Positions 31,000-42,184 are shown, counted from the stretch's first letter. The stretch: DNA of 64,000 nucleotides from Candidatus Obscuribacterales bacterium (GCA_965228855.1 CBDDIJ010000002.1:480001-544000); one strand, 5' to 3'. The notes: a model not told the origin generated them from the sequence alone. Made by a program: numbers and translations.

Positions 31000-32208
31000 T
31001 TATTGGAACTGTGGCGGGACAGAGAAAGGAGAGTATCCATCACTGTTTTCAACGTTCCGCATAGAGAAGAACATGACACCCGGCTTCTTGCACTTATTGC
31101 CGTTAACCGTGACCTGGACTTCCTTCATCGAAGGCATATCCGTGATCTCCGGCGTGCGAACGGTGATCGACGAGTCACTTAATGAGAGTATGTCACCAGG
31201 CACGCCGCCGAATGTGACTTTCACCTTGGAAGCATCTTTGCCGAAATTTTTACCGGAGATAGTCATCGTCTGTTCAGACGCGATAGAGACGTGACTGAAT
31301 GAAGAGATCTCTGGATCTGCGCCTAGCTTAAGCGTCATCGCCTTGAATTTTATTCCGGAGGCGGTGATTAATACAGGCACTTCGCCTTTAGTATCAGCCT
31401 TGATACCGTCGGGAACCTTAAACTCAACAGCCTCGGTTGTCGCCGTAGTCACAGTGGCAGCTTTTCCACCAACGGTAATTTGATAGGCTTTGGGCTCCAC
31501 CGGAAGCATTTTCCCAACCGCTTTAACAGTTGCGCCAATCACAGCGGAAGCGGGATTGAGTTCCTTAATCACCGGACTTATTTTAGAGGTCAGGTCCCAG
31601 GTGAAGTATGAACCAGCTTCACCGTAGCACTGGAAAACAATCTGCGTGGAACCAGGTGTAAGCGCGCCGGTCAGGTCCAGCACTAAAGTACTTTTGCCGT
31701 TGAAGCTCTTTTCGTTGAACAGATCTCGCCCGGAAAGGGTGCCGCGAATAGCCCGCATCGGCTTGCCGTTTTCACCGCCGTTGTTTATCGTGAGCGTCAG
31801 GGGAAGCACTTCCTGACCCGGCTTTAGGATAATGTAGTCGGCAAACTGATTCCACTTTCCACCAGTCGCCACATGCTTCAGCGGCTTGACTATGGTCAGA
31901 GTCTTGCTGGTTTTGGCGGTCGTGCCTGCAGCTGCAGGAGTCCCTGTCCCCGTGGTCGTGGTTGTCGTAGTCGTCACTTTCGTGCCGCCATCTTTTGTTT
32001 TCGTTGTAGTGGTCGTTGTTTTGCTGTCGACAGCAGAGCGAACCGGTTTGATACTACCTGTGGTACCAGCAGCCGGCGGCGGTATGTTCTTGCCATAATC
32101 GGTGACGTATTGAGACTGCGACAATGCTGCGCGAGGCACCAGCGAGATTGTGATCGCAACCAGCGAAATCACTGAGAATAATCTGCGAGATCTGGAAACT
32201 TGTAGCAT
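31000..32208 (-). CDS. Secreted protein with Thr-rich linker and two IPT/TIG domains
   Basis: Signal peptide; TISGKNFG...VKVTFGG...ITVRTP. Confidence 0.8.
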   Translation of the reverse strand: MLQVSRSRRLFSVISLVAITISLVPRAALSQSQYVTDYGKNIPPPAAGTTGSIKPVRSAVDSKTTTTTTKTKDGGTKVTTTTTTTTGTGTPAAAGTTAKTSKTLTIVKPLKHVATGGKWNQFADYIILKPGQEVLPLTLTINNGGENGKPMRAIRGTLSGRDLFNEKSFNGKSTLVLDLTGALTPGSTQIVFQCYGEAGSYFTWDLTSKISPVIKELNPASAVIGATVKAVGKMLPVEPKAYQITVGGKAATVTTATTEAVEFKVPDGIKADTKGEVPVLITASGIKFKAMTLKLGADPEISSFSHVSIASEQTMTISGKNFGKDASKVKVTFGGVPGDILSLSDSSITVRTPEITDMPSMKEVQVTVNGNKCKKPGVMFFSMRNVENSDGYSPFSVPPQFQ

Positions 32209-32523
32209 GGTCGCAAAACCTTTCGATAGGGGCAGGGCGGATAGTAAGAGTACAACTGATCAGCGCCATTATAAGGTCTTGGCCTGCGTTTTGCAGAAAA
32301 GGTCAAAGGATGTTTTACTATATCCTTTCGTAACTCCTAAAAACAAAAAACGAGGACTGACCAGCGTTTCGCTGCGTCCTCGTTTCCAAGACCAGAGCAA
32401 ATGCCCGCCCCTCGAAAAGAAAGCAATCGGCTAAGTTCGTCAAGCAATTGCTAACAAGAACCGGTCTAGCAGCTCGCTTCCGAGCATCGTTCCGGCTCTC
32501 GACGAGCACACTAGGACGAAGCC

Positions 32524-32826
32524 CTACTTCTTCTCCAGCATCTGTTTTCTCAGACGCCAACCAGAGCGAAAAACGAACCCACCCATAATGGCGAAACCCC
32601 AGCCGAGCAGGTAGGTGAGGAGCCGGCGCTCATCGATGAAGGCGTGAGCAAGGATTCCATCCAGCCCGAGCGCGATGTACGAAACACCGGCGAAAAGTTT
32701 CGCCAGATAATTCGTCTTTGGTTCGCCGCCGCTCAAACTGGAGAACCAGTTGAACAATCCAAGAAGAGCGGTGACGAATGCGATGGCAGACAGGGTCAGC
32801 AAAGCGGGAACTACATAATCAATCAT
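32524..32826 (-). CDS. Small membrane protein (3 TM)
   Basis: GGAG SD, three hydrophobic segments. Confidence 0.6.
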   Translation of the reverse strand: MIDYVVPALLTLSAIAFVTALLGLFNWFSSLSGGEPKTNYLAKLFAGVSYIALGLDGILAHAFIDERRLLTYLLGWGFAIMGGFVFRSGWRLRKQMLEKK

Positions 32827-33117
32827 AACCAGGACTCCAGGCTAAGTGATGTCACGCTGGCGCAGATGCGCAAGCGGACGAGAGGCGCGATAGCTGTTTC
32901 CAAATCAGCCAGCAATCGCGTTTTTCAGATGAGTTTCACTCCATCGTCAAATCCGAAAAGGTCAAACCGAACGCGCACGACCATCCGTAAATGGCGGCAG
33001 TTCTCTCTGAGTAGTGCAGTGGCAGCGCGCGGTTCTTAAATTCAGAAATGAATAAGAAGCAATGCCTGACCCTAACAATCACAAAAGTCGGTTCTCAAGA
33101 CATACGTGTTTAATAAA

Positions 33118-34116
33118 TCAGGATTTGACGGTCTGAGCGCTCAGGAAGGCATCTAGCTCGGCTTTCGTGGGCAGCGCCGGTATCGCTCCAGGCTTAGTAC
33201 AGGCTAGCGCGCCAATCGCATTGGCTCTATGGATGATTGACAGCATTTGCTCCTGAGAAAGCGCGTCGAGTGCCGCTCTTCGGTTCGCCGTCCCTTTTAT
33301 GTGCTCTAACAACCCACCCAGAACTCCGGCGTTGAAGCCATCTCCGGCACCAGTCGCCTCTACCAACTTCACTGAGAATCCCGGAACAATCTTAGAACCG
33401 TTGGCGGTAGAAATGTAGGCGCCACGTGAGTCGAGCGTGACAATCATCAAACCGATGTTGTTCTCCTTCCTCAGTTTATCCGCTTCGCCGTGATCGCGAG
33501 AACCGGTTAGAAACTGAAGTTCGTCCTCATTGATTTTAACGATATCGCCCCAGTGAAGAGTCTTCAAAATCGCATCTCGACATGCCGACTCCGATGGCCA
33601 GAGGCTGAGACGCACGTTAGGATCGTAAGAGGCAAGCATACCGTTTTCCCTGGCCATTCGAACAGCCTTTTCAGTGCTCGATTTAGCAGGCTCCTCAATC
33701 AACGAAATCGAACCAAAATGCAGTATGGAGGCTTTAGCAAACTGCTCAGCATCAAGGTCTTCTTCACGAAGGCGTGTATCGGCGCAAGCGATTCGCGAGA
33801 ACTCTGCCAGTTTTCTATCACCGTTCGCCATGGTGACGACGTAGGCCATCCGCGTCTGAGCCTGACTATCCTCGATTGTCATTGAGACGTCGATATCGTT
33901 TTCCGACAATACAGCTTTTAGCCATTCACCAAACGCGTCTTTTGAAACTCGACCGATGAAGCCCGTCTTAATTCCCTGTCTTGCTAAACCGACTGCAGTG
34001 TTCGCCGGTGCGCCCCCCGGAGCTTTCGTGAACTGTGTCGACTGCGGCAGCTCTGCGCCGACGGTCGTGCAGACCCAGTCTACGAGTATCTCTCCGAGGC
34101 AAAGGACATCAGACAT
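33118..34116 (-). CDS. PfkB family carbohydrate kinase (fructokinase-like)
   Basis: GGAPANTAVGLARQG, YDPNVRLSLW, ATGAGDGF. Confidence 0.92.
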   Translation of the reverse strand: MSDVLCLGEILVDWVCTTVGAELPQSTQFTKAPGGAPANTAVGLARQGIKTGFIGRVSKDAFGEWLKAVLSENDIDVSMTIEDSQAQTRMAYVVTMANGDRKLAEFSRIACADTRLREEDLDAEQFAKASILHFGSISLIEEPAKSSTEKAVRMARENGMLASYDPNVRLSLWPSESACRDAILKTLHWGDIVKINEDELQFLTGSRDHGEADKLRKENNIGLMIVTLDSRGAYISTANGSKIVPGFSVKLVEATGAGDGFNAGVLGGLLEHIKGTANRRAALDALSQEQMLSIIHRANAIGALACTKPGAIPALPTKAELDAFLSAQTVKS

Positions 34117-34344
34117 TATCTACTCCGTTTCCGTTCTCAGACTGAACGACTTCTTTTTTCGCGCCCACGAAACATCGCCGGCCACAATCACTGTCGGTCG
34201 AATGTTACCAGGGATATACCCCGATTGTGAACCGCACACCAGTCTCTCTACTATATGCCGCCATGATTTGTTTCTAGTAATTTCACTTAAACGGCGGGCA
34301 TTTCAGACGATTTCTACGTTCTGTCATCTCAGAAAAACTGCTTC

Positions 34345-34396
34345 TGTCTACGAGACGTTGCCGCTTTTCGCGAAATTCGTCATCGTCTCGTAGACA
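34345..34396. repeat. 52-bp palindromic element, copy E4 (most symmetric copy)
   Basis: TGTCTACGAGACGTTGCCG...CGTCATCGTCTCGTAGACA; CTACTATA 34248; TATAGTAG 34485 and 34511. Confidence 0.88.
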
Positions 34397-34528
34397 AGCG
34401 GGCAAATTTGCCTTGAGTCAGACCAGGTGGATGCTCGAAAGCACCACGGTTACTCATCAGCCGGAAAACACGGATACGCCCGAATATAGTAGTTAATTCT
34501 TACGCTCAAATATAGTAGTAAATTCTTC

Positions 34529-34574
34529 AAAAATCAGAGAGCCTGGAGCTTGGGCAAGCATCCAGGACTCTCTG
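34529..34574 (-). terminator. Intrinsic terminator of the HAD-ydcF block
   Basis: Minus strand CAGAGAGTCCTGGA...TCCAGGCTCTCTG then ATTTTT. Confidence 0.7.
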
Positions 34575-34625
34575 CAAAGCTATGGGTTATCGCGTCGCAA
34601 GTTTCTTTCTAAGCCTGGAACTTGT

Positions 34626-35192
34626 TCAGGCAGCTCGCTCTTTGTAAGCGGGAATCCGCTTGAGGAGCTTTTCCATGCACGCCGACAAATCTCCTGGATT
34701 GATATCCTCGAAGAATTCGCGTGCACGTATCATCGCTGCCGGAGCACCAGACTGTCGGTTTTCACGCGACCATTCCGGAGCTTCATGGGCCACGACTTTC
34801 CACTTAGGTCCAAGTACTTGTTCGAAGATGTACACCGCGCGTTCCATATGGAACGGCGAAGTGACCACGAACAGCGTACCCGGCTCCATGTGCTGGAGGT
34901 GGCGAGAGACGGTGAAGATGGCATTGCCGAAGGTGTCGAACGACTGATCCTCCAGCAAGACATCCTCACTCACTCCCTCAGCTTTGATGATTTCCGCCAT
35001 CACAGCGGCTTCGGTTTTTCCGTGCCCCGAAGTGTCACTCGGAGCGCGAGAACCTGACGCGATAAGCCTCATCGGTTGGCTTTTGACCAGGGCGGCCGCG
35101 GTTTTTGCCCGCAAAGCCGTCACCTCAGTCGCCGTACCGTCAGCTTTTAAACCACTGCCAAGCACGACGGCGACTGAGTTCTCGAACGACAT
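34626..35192 (-). CDS. YdcF/DUF218 family protein
   Basis: VVLGSG, TEAAVM, EDQSFDTFGNA, VVTSPFHMERA. Confidence 0.88.
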   Translation of the reverse strand: MSFENSVAVVLGSGLKADGTATEVTALRAKTAAALVKSQPMRLIASGSRAPSDTSGHGKTEAAVMAEIIKAEGVSEDVLLEDQSFDTFGNAIFTVSRHLQHMEPGTLFVVTSPFHMERAVYIFEQVLGPKWKVVAHEAPEWSRENRQSGAPAAMIRAREFFEDINPGDLSACMEKLLKRIPAYKERAA

Positions 35193-35210
35193 GTCAGTGC
35201 TCGTCGATTC

Positions 35211-36131
35211 TCAGTCGGGGTCGGTGCTGCCGGTCGTCACAGGTCCAGTGCCGGTTTCCGGCTGAGCGTCGGAGACGCTGCCGCAACCGCACGAACTCGG
35301 AGCCGGAGCACCGCCCTTGTCGGCAGGGGAGGAAGGAGACGGAAGACCAAGACGAATCGCCCGGCGGCGCCGGCGAATCAAGCGGTTGAGAGCGCTCTCT
35401 TCGACGTCGAGCCAGTCCTTGCAGCGCATGGTCTCGAATCCGGTATTCTCGGGCAGCTTGTCGCTTGCCGAGGCCAGGCTGGTCTCCAGGGGCAAGTAAA
35501 CAAAGTTGGTCTTCGACAGCGCAGCACCGTCGGACCGGATGCTGTTGCCGACGAAAGCCGAGTAGTGGGGGCTGGCGTCCATGTCTTCGATGAACTGACC
35601 CACGAGGCCGGCCTTGTTCTCCTGCAGCGTGATGATGATGTCGTCGAAAACCGCCGACAGACCACCCTGCCGAATCTTGTACTTCTGCGCCTCACGGTTG
35701 CCGACGGTCACAGCCACAATCATGAAGTTGTGGCGCGCGCGCGTCAGCACCGGCAGCGCGTAGTCGAACAGCTCCGGAGGGTTGAAGAACGGGGCACGCC
35801 CGATGCGCTCGCAGATGTCGGCGACGAGCTTCTTGCGTCGAACCCCATTTTCACGGCAGAGCGCAGTGTAGGACTCGGCAATCGCCTGACCGAACTTTCC
35901 GCGCTCGAAGCCGCGATGGGGCATGGACCCGTAGTAAACCTGATTGAGCTTGGCCTCAGCCGCTTTGCGATTGAAACCGCAAAGGCTCATCAGCTCGGCA
36001 AACTCCTGAATCGCTCCGTCGAAATACTTCTGACAGACCATCACGGTACCGTCGATGTCGACGAAGAGAACAGCGAGTTTGCCATCTGGAGCGCACATGT
36101 TGCGATCCGGAGTATGACAGTTAGTCACCAT
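35211..36131 (-). CDS. HAD-superfamily hydrolase
   Basis: FVDIDGT motif I, VTVG..EAQ..K, FVGNSIRSD. Confidence 0.82.
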   Translation of the reverse strand: MVTNCHTPDRNMCAPDGKLAVLFVDIDGTVMVCQKYFDGAIQEFAELMSLCGFNRKAAEAKLNQVYYGSMPHRGFERGKFGQAIAESYTALCRENGVRRKKLVADICERIGRAPFFNPPELFDYALPVLTRARHNFMIVAVTVGNREAQKYKIRQGGLSAVFDDIIITLQENKAGLVGQFIEDMDASPHYSAFVGNSIRSDGAALSKTNFVYLPLETSLASASDKLPENTGFETMRCKDWLDVEESALNRLIRRRRRAIRLGLPSPSSPADKGGAPAPSSCGCGSVSDAQPETGTGPVTTGSTDPD

Positions 36132-36647
36132 AGGTCACCTCTTCCGTTATCCGATGCGCCACACCAGCAAAACCGGCTTCGCAGCCCGTTTCACAATGGA
36201 GCGATGTATCGGTGATTCAGTTCGGACAATCAAACCGGAAAGATCACGGACGAACCAATACAAGCCACACGTTGTGCACCTGCCTTAGTTCTGGAATCCG
36301 AAAATACTTGTATTTACTGGCTTGATGTCTGAATCAAAAAAATAAGATTGTGTTTCAAACTTAAGGGCTCTCGTTCTACCACGTAAATCCAGTAGTCAAG
36401 AGCACCATATCTCAATGGCGGCTTTCCACAAAGGCAAAAATAAGCTGAGTACAGCGATTCGAAATATCCGTTGTTTCTCTCAGGGCTCGCAAACAGTCAA
36501 TCTTTATACCTGCGCGAGCTAGATTCTCATGACAAGCCGAGCTCCAAGCACAGCCTCGCTTTTAAGACTCTGAAACCTTGCGCTAACCAAGCAAAAACGA
36601 GCCCAAGTCAGGCTCGTTTTCAAGTGCAGTATGTCCCTTGTCCTGAC

Positions 36648-37313
36648 CTACGGCTTCGCAACCGCGTCTTTGTTGAAGGATGTGATGTTCGAAAGGAAGG
36701 CTTCGACCTCGTTCATATCGATTGGCTTATCATCTTCACTCGCTGCATACACTGTGACCGCCGCGTCCGGTGTCGGCAGTACGCAGCCCATGAAAGCCGG
36801 CGAGCGCTTACCAGTCGATTTATTTTCCGACATCCCGAGAATATAGGGCATCTCCATGCCGCCAACAGTGGTTTTACCTTTCTTCTCCACTTCGATTGTC
36901 GTCGTCGAGGACGATCCCCCTGCGCCAGGAGTCGAGACACCTCGCTCGGCAATCTGCTCCACGAGCTGGTCCGCAGATGTTACCTTCGAGTCGGAGTTCG
37001 GAACTTTAATTAGCATGTAAGTCGTCTTGGTGCTCTCGTTCTGCACCGCAACCATAGGCAGCATGCCGAACATGTCGAAACCGAAGGCGTACTTATATGG
37101 TGGTCCCAACTCCTTCATGGTGACCATCTTTGCGACGACTTTCTTCGCATTCTCAGGATCCATAGCCTTCTGCACTTCCTGGTAGCCAACGTAAAAAACC
37201 GTTCCGCACGTCGCCAAACACAGAACGAATCCGACAGCCATGATTCCAAGCAACCATTTGAGCCAGGTTGCGATGCCTTTGTTGTTGCGGCTTTGGCGTT
37301 GGCGTTTCATCAT
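36648..37313 (-). CDS. Hypothetical membrane-anchored protein
   Basis: Basic N-terminus, TM helix, soluble domain; start uncertain (37313 or 37379). Confidence 0.7.
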   Translation of the reverse strand: MMKRQRQSRNNKGIATWLKWLLGIMAVGFVLCLATCGTVFYVGYQEVQKAMDPENAKKVVAKMVTMKELGPPYKYAFGFDMFGMLPMVAVQNESTKTTYMLIKVPNSDSKVTSADQLVEQIAERGVSTPGAGGSSSTTTIEVEKKGKTTVGGMEMPYILGMSENKSTGKRSPAFMGCVLPTPDAAVTVYAASEDDKPIDMNEVEAFLSNITSFNKDAVAKP

Positions 37314-37871
37314 TGCACCTTTTCTTGAGAGGAGAAACAGACCTGATTTCCGTTTGCTCAGTTTATCATTCATATACACTTAATGCTTAACGGCAATATC
37401 GCAACAATTGGTCGCGAAACCCGTTTCACTAGCGCGAGCACTTAGCAACCGCGAGTGGTGGCAGATATATCTGTTCGATACGAAAAACACTTGCAGCGAT
37501 TCAAATGCGCATATCGGCTTGCAATAGGCAGAACCGCTTGAATTCTCGCCCTTAAACATTTGATTCAGTTTGTGCGCTAATCAGTGATCAAAAAGAAAAC
37601 GTAAACAGCAGGTTCGCGGTATTGATTTAGAGCGGCAAAACACCGTTCACTACTCTGGTAATTATTTCGAATCACTCTTGGAATTCCCGAACCAAAAACG
37701 TTCTGCGCCCCACGGAATCCAACTCCTTATCGAACTCAGCCTCTGACATCGAGGTGCAGTTAGATCGCCGTTTTGAAACCGACTCTCACAGAGCCGGTGG
37801 TGTGATTCGCGATGATTGCTCTGTCTTGCAGACTCTTCATGCTACTTCCAGACTTCCCAAGGAAAACAAAA

Positions 37872-38195
37872 ATGCAAGGCGTGACTGAACTCAACACTTC
37901 CAATTTCGACAGCACCGTGCTCCAGAGCTCCCAGCCGGTCATCGTCGATTTCTTCGCTACCTGGTGCGGCCCCTGCCGTCAGCTCAGCCCGCTTCTCGAG
38001 CGCCTTTCCGCCGAATACGCCGGACGTGTCACGATCGTGAAGGTCAATGCCGATTCCAGCATGGATCTGGCAGCGAAATACAACGTGAGCGGCTTGCCGA
38101 CACTGTTGTTCTTCAAGGATGGACAAGTGGTCGTGCGCAAGGCCGGTCTCGTCCCGCTCGGTGAACTGAAGCGAATTTGCGACTCGCTGCTCTAA
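37872..38195 (+). CDS. trxA: Thioredoxin
   Basis: VDFFATWCGPC, V.GLPTLLFFKDG; hairpin terminator about 38226-38260. Confidence 0.92.
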   Translation: MQGVTELNTSNFDSTVLQSSQPVIVDFFATWCGPCRQLSPLLERLSAEYAGRVTIVKVNADSSMDLAAKYNVSGLPTLLFFKDGQVVVRKAGLVPLGELKRICDSLL

Positions 38196-38403
38196 GCCGT
38201 TTCTCGTTCCGTTAAACCGTGGCCGCGGAGATGTCTACTTAAGTGGCATCTCCGCCTTTCTGCTCGCGAGGAGACTCGCTTGTGATGCAAATTTACTTCA
38301 GAAAAGGAGACGAACATTTGATCGAATGCCGCACCAGATATGGTGCAAAGCTCGCATTACTGAGCGAAGCCTCTGGCAAAAACTAAAAACAGGGCTCATA
38401 ACA

Positions 38404-39585
38404 ATGAGAACAATTGCTCTGTTTCTCGCAGCTTTGACCTTAACTTTTGGATTCGCAGTCGAAACCCACGCTGACGATAAGGTCGCAACACCCGAAGACG
38501 CGAATAGCGTTTCCACCGCCCGGAAAGACTTGGAAACAGCCGCAGCTGACGCGAAGCTGAATCTGGCTCGTCTGCAAGAACGAATGAACGAGTTCGAATC
38601 CCGCGCCACCAATAGCGGTATCACCTCGAAACAAATTTCTGACAGCTATAGCCGCTTGACTGAGTTACTGGTCGCGACCGGCAACGGTCCGCACTTCGAC
38701 ACCGTGACACGCCAGCGGCTGGTCGAGCTGGTGATGCACAACATCGCTCGTCCGACTAAGATCGATCAGGGCGCACACCCGACCTGCAATGTCACCACGC
38801 TCGAAGTGTACACAGCGGCCCGACATCCCGACGTTTATGCCGACCTTGTTAAACAGGTAGCTCTGACGGGTGAGTACGCGACCCAGACCAAAGAAACCGT
38901 ACATATCCCGAAAGCTGCTTTGATGCCGGGCGATGACGAGAAAAGTTTCGACATGGATAAGCCGGCGTCCAACAAGCGAAATCACGCCAGTCAAATCATT
39001 CAGATGACATTCATCAACGGCGTGTATGAAACCGGTCGCTACCACTCGACCGATCATCAGGGCAAAAAGATTGACTGCACCGGTTATCGATATGTGATGG
39101 GTCCGCCCGTGAAAACCTGGTTTACGTTACCCGACGGAAACCGAGCGTTCACGACCGACGAAGATAAACTAATCGACGGCAACGGAAAGCAGATCCGCGA
39201 CAGTCAGGGGCAACTCTCTACGAGTCCAATCTTCATCGGAACCGATGTACTGGCTGCATCTGAGATGGTTCTCGGTTATAAGATGCCTTATTTGAACTCG
39301 CCTTACAAAGTCGAAAACCAACCGTGGGTCTTCGATTTACCGACAAAAGAGCGGCTTTTGAAATACAAGAAAGACGGTCAATTTCCGCTAGGCGTGCCGA
39401 CCCGGCGCGGTAACCACGTGCAAACCATTCACGACGTCATCGAAGAGAATGGAAACGTCTGGATCTTGATCGACAATCAACACGGCGAAAAAGAAGACGG
39501 TTGGATCACGCTCAGTGAGCTGCATAAAACAATGCAAGATGCAAACTATGATTTAAAAACGCGCAAAGAGCGACCGACAAAGTAA
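38404..39585 (+). CDS. Secreted protein, putative papain-fold cysteine peptidase
   Basis: Signal peptide; IDQGAHPTC, GNHVQTI, LIDNQHG motifs. Confidence 0.6.
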   Translation: MRTIALFLAALTLTFGFAVETHADDKVATPEDANSVSTARKDLETAAADAKLNLARLQERMNEFESRATNSGITSKQISDSYSRLTELLVATGNGPHFDTVTRQRLVELVMHNIARPTKIDQGAHPTCNVTTLEVYTAARHPDVYADLVKQVALTGEYATQTKETVHIPKAALMPGDDEKSFDMDKPASNKRNHASQIIQMTFINGVYETGRYHSTDHQGKKIDCTGYRYVMGPPVKTWFTLPDGNRAFTTDEDKLIDGNGKQIRDSQGQLSTSPIFIGTDVLAASEMVLGYKMPYLNSPYKVENQPWVFDLPTKERLLKYKKDGQFPLGVPTRRGNHVQTIHDVIEENGNVWILIDNQHGEKEDGWITLSELHKTMQDANYDLKTRKERPTK

Positions 39586-39720
39586 CAAAGCGCCACCAGG
39601 ATTGGTGCTGAGATGACAATGAGTTTCTGACAGAGAGCCCGGGAGTCTACCAGCCATGCTTCTCCCCCTCTCGTCAAAGCGGCGCTTCTACTATACACGC
39701 TCGTTGAGTAAAACTGTCCG

Positions 39721-41943
39721 TCAATCCCGGAAAGAATCCTTTTCCAATCCAGCCTTTGCCGCCTTTTCGAAGTCCAGAACTTTTACCAGGAACGCGAATT
39801 TGTCGGTCCATTCCTCGATTATTTTGCTGGTCGGCTTTCCTGCGCCGTGTCCAGCACTCGTCTCGATCCTGATTAGAACGGGGTTGTCACCCTGATAGGC
39901 ATTTTGCAACGCGGCGGCAAATTTGAAACTATGCGCCGGAACTACTCGATCATCAGTATCGGCAGTAATAACCAGGGTTGCCGGATAGTCCTTTCCTGAC
40001 TTGATATTGTGCAAGGGTGAATAGGCAAGAAGCGTATCGAAATCATCAGCATTGTCGGCACTGCCATAGTCAGACACCCATCCCCAACCGATCGTGAATT
40101 TGTGGAAGCGCAACATGTCGAGCACACCGACCGTCGGACATGCCGCAGCAAACAAGTCGGGTCGCTGAGTCATACAAGCTCCAACGAGAAGCCCACCATT
40201 ACTCGCGCCGGCGATCGCCAGTTTTTTACTCGACGAGTATTTGTTGTCGACCAGCCACTCACCGCAGGCTATGAAGTCATCAAACACATTCTGCTTTTGC
40301 TTCTTCATTCCTCCCAAGTGCCACTTCTCACCGTACTCTCCGCCTCCACGCAGACAAGCCTGCGCGAACACTCCACCCATCTCCATCCATTCAATCAGCG
40401 CGACGGAAAAGGCCGGTCGCAACGCGTGATTAAAACCGCCGTAGCCGTATAAATAAGTCGGATTTTGGCCGTTCAATTCAATACCTTTGCGGTGAACGAT
40501 GAACAATGGCACCTTTGTTCCATCTTTACTCGTCACGAACACTTGCTTGGTCTCGAACATATCCGGGTCGAACTTGACGTTCGGTTTAAAGAAGAGTGTG
40601 CTTTTTCCAGACTCGATGTCGTATTTATAAATCTGAGGAGGAGTATTGAAACTGGTATATGTATAGTAGGTCTGCTTATCATCGCGACGCCCACCAAAAC
40701 CGCCTGCCGTGCCAATTCCCGGCAATTCAATCTTCCTGATTGTTTCACCACTGGTAGTGGCTTCTTCCATCTGCGTAAACGCGTCCTTTAAGTATCGACT
40801 GAAGAAACGTCCTCCTACATAGTTGACTTGCTCAAGAGTCTCGTCGCGCTCCGCAATAATCTCTTTGATTGCGACATCATCTCCATTCGATTTGCTGATG
40901 TCCACAGCAATAACGCGCCCTTTGGGGGCGTTCAAATCAGTCAAAAACCAGAAGGTGTTACCGTCGTTTCCAATAAAATTGTAACGAGCATCCATTTTGT
41001 TCAAAAGTTCGACAACTTTGGAATCAGGCTTGGTCAGGTCTTTATAGAAGACGCGATTTTTCGGCTCCGTTCCCTTCCACACCTGGATGATGAGAAACTT
41101 CCCGTCATCGCTTACGGTTCCATCAAAACCCCATTCTTTTTGATCCTTGCGTTCGTAAACTAGCTGATCCTCCTCTTGCTTGGTTCCAAGCTTATGGAAG
41201 TAGAGCTTCTGGAAGTAATTACGATCTTCGAGTTTCGTATCCTCGTTGGGTTTGTCATAGCGGCTGTAGTAGAAACCGGCACCATCAGCGGTCCACGACG
41301 CGTTGGAAAATTTCACCCATTCGAGTTTGTCTTCCAGATCTTTGCCGGTTTCAACGTCGCGAACATACCATTCTTGCCAGTCAGAGCCTGACTTCGAAAT
41401 GCCGTACGCTAATTTCTTAGCGTCACGCGTCAACTCCAACCCAGCTAGCGCGACTGTTCCATCCTTGGAAAGCGTGTTGGGGTCAAGGAGAACACGAGCC
41501 TCTGCATTCTCATTGTCTTTCACATAGACGACATCTTGATTTTGGAGTCCGCTGTTTTTGAAGTAAAACAGCTTGCCGCCCTCGAGAAACGGCGTCGCGT
41601 ATTTTTCGTAGTTCCACAATTCTTTCAGTCGCTTGTTTATCTCAGGCCTGATACTAACTGAATCTATAAACGACCTGGTCACTTTATTTTCTTCGTCGAT
41701 CCACTGCCTCGTCTCTTTTGTATGAGGATCTTCCAGCCACCGATAGGGATCTTCAATCTTTTTGCCGTGGTATAGATCGACATGATCGATTCGTTTCGCC
41801 TGGGGATAGGTAAGTTTTTGCGACTGTTTAGTTTCCATGCTACTTGACTCTGATTGGGCTGCTAAAGGACTTTGCGCAGTCGCTAATAGCAACGCGCCGG
41901 ACAAAATTGACAATGACAGCGAAATGCATCTACGTCTATCCAC
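39721..41943 (-). CDS. Prolyl oligopeptidase (S9A)
   Basis: DPYRWLED, YGYGGF, GASNGGLL, DDRVVP.HS.KF, AGHG. Confidence 0.95.
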   Translation of the reverse strand: MDRRRCISLSLSILSGALLLATAQSPLAAQSESSSMETKQSQKLTYPQAKRIDHVDLYHGKKIEDPYRWLEDPHTKETRQWIDEENKVTRSFIDSVSIRPEINKRLKELWNYEKYATPFLEGGKLFYFKNSGLQNQDVVYVKDNENAEARVLLDPNTLSKDGTVALAGLELTRDAKKLAYGISKSGSDWQEWYVRDVETGKDLEDKLEWVKFSNASWTADGAGFYYSRYDKPNEDTKLEDRNYFQKLYFHKLGTKQEEDQLVYERKDQKEWGFDGTVSDDGKFLIIQVWKGTEPKNRVFYKDLTKPDSKVVELLNKMDARYNFIGNDGNTFWFLTDLNAPKGRVIAVDISKSNGDDVAIKEIIAERDETLEQVNYVGGRFFSRYLKDAFTQMEEATTSGETIRKIELPGIGTAGGFGGRRDDKQTYYTYTSFNTPPQIYKYDIESGKSTLFFKPNVKFDPDMFETKQVFVTSKDGTKVPLFIVHRKGIELNGQNPTYLYGYGGFNHALRPAFSVALIEWMEMGGVFAQACLRGGGEYGEKWHLGGMKKQKQNVFDDFIACGEWLVDNKYSSSKKLAIAGASNGGLLVGACMTQRPDLFAAACPTVGVLDMLRFHKFTIGWGWVSDYGSADNADDFDTLLAYSPLHNIKSGKDYPATLVITADTDDRVVPAHSFKFAAALQNAYQGDNPVLIRIETSAGHGAGKPTSKIIEEWTDKFAFLVKVLDFEKAAKAGLEKDSFRD

Positions 41944-42184
41944 GCACGCTCATCCTCCGGAGATACTCGCGCTAAATCATATCTCGTTTGGATATCAATT
42001 GCTTTTAAAAGCCCATCGCAAGACTTGATGTATATCTTTTCAACAGTTAAACCCCCAGCGCGCGCCGTTTATCACAACGAAAAATGACCGCAGCGCCGAA
42101 TTTTCATTGAGTTTTTAGCGAAGATAGACGATAATTTCATCGTTCGAGGCGTCCCGTATCGTCGATGTTTTAACGATCGAAAGC

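Noticed and set aside
32315..39695. Isolated TACTATA boxes at about 32315 and 39688
   Set aside because: No 52-bp element found at the expected distance; treated as ordinary -10-like or chance hits.
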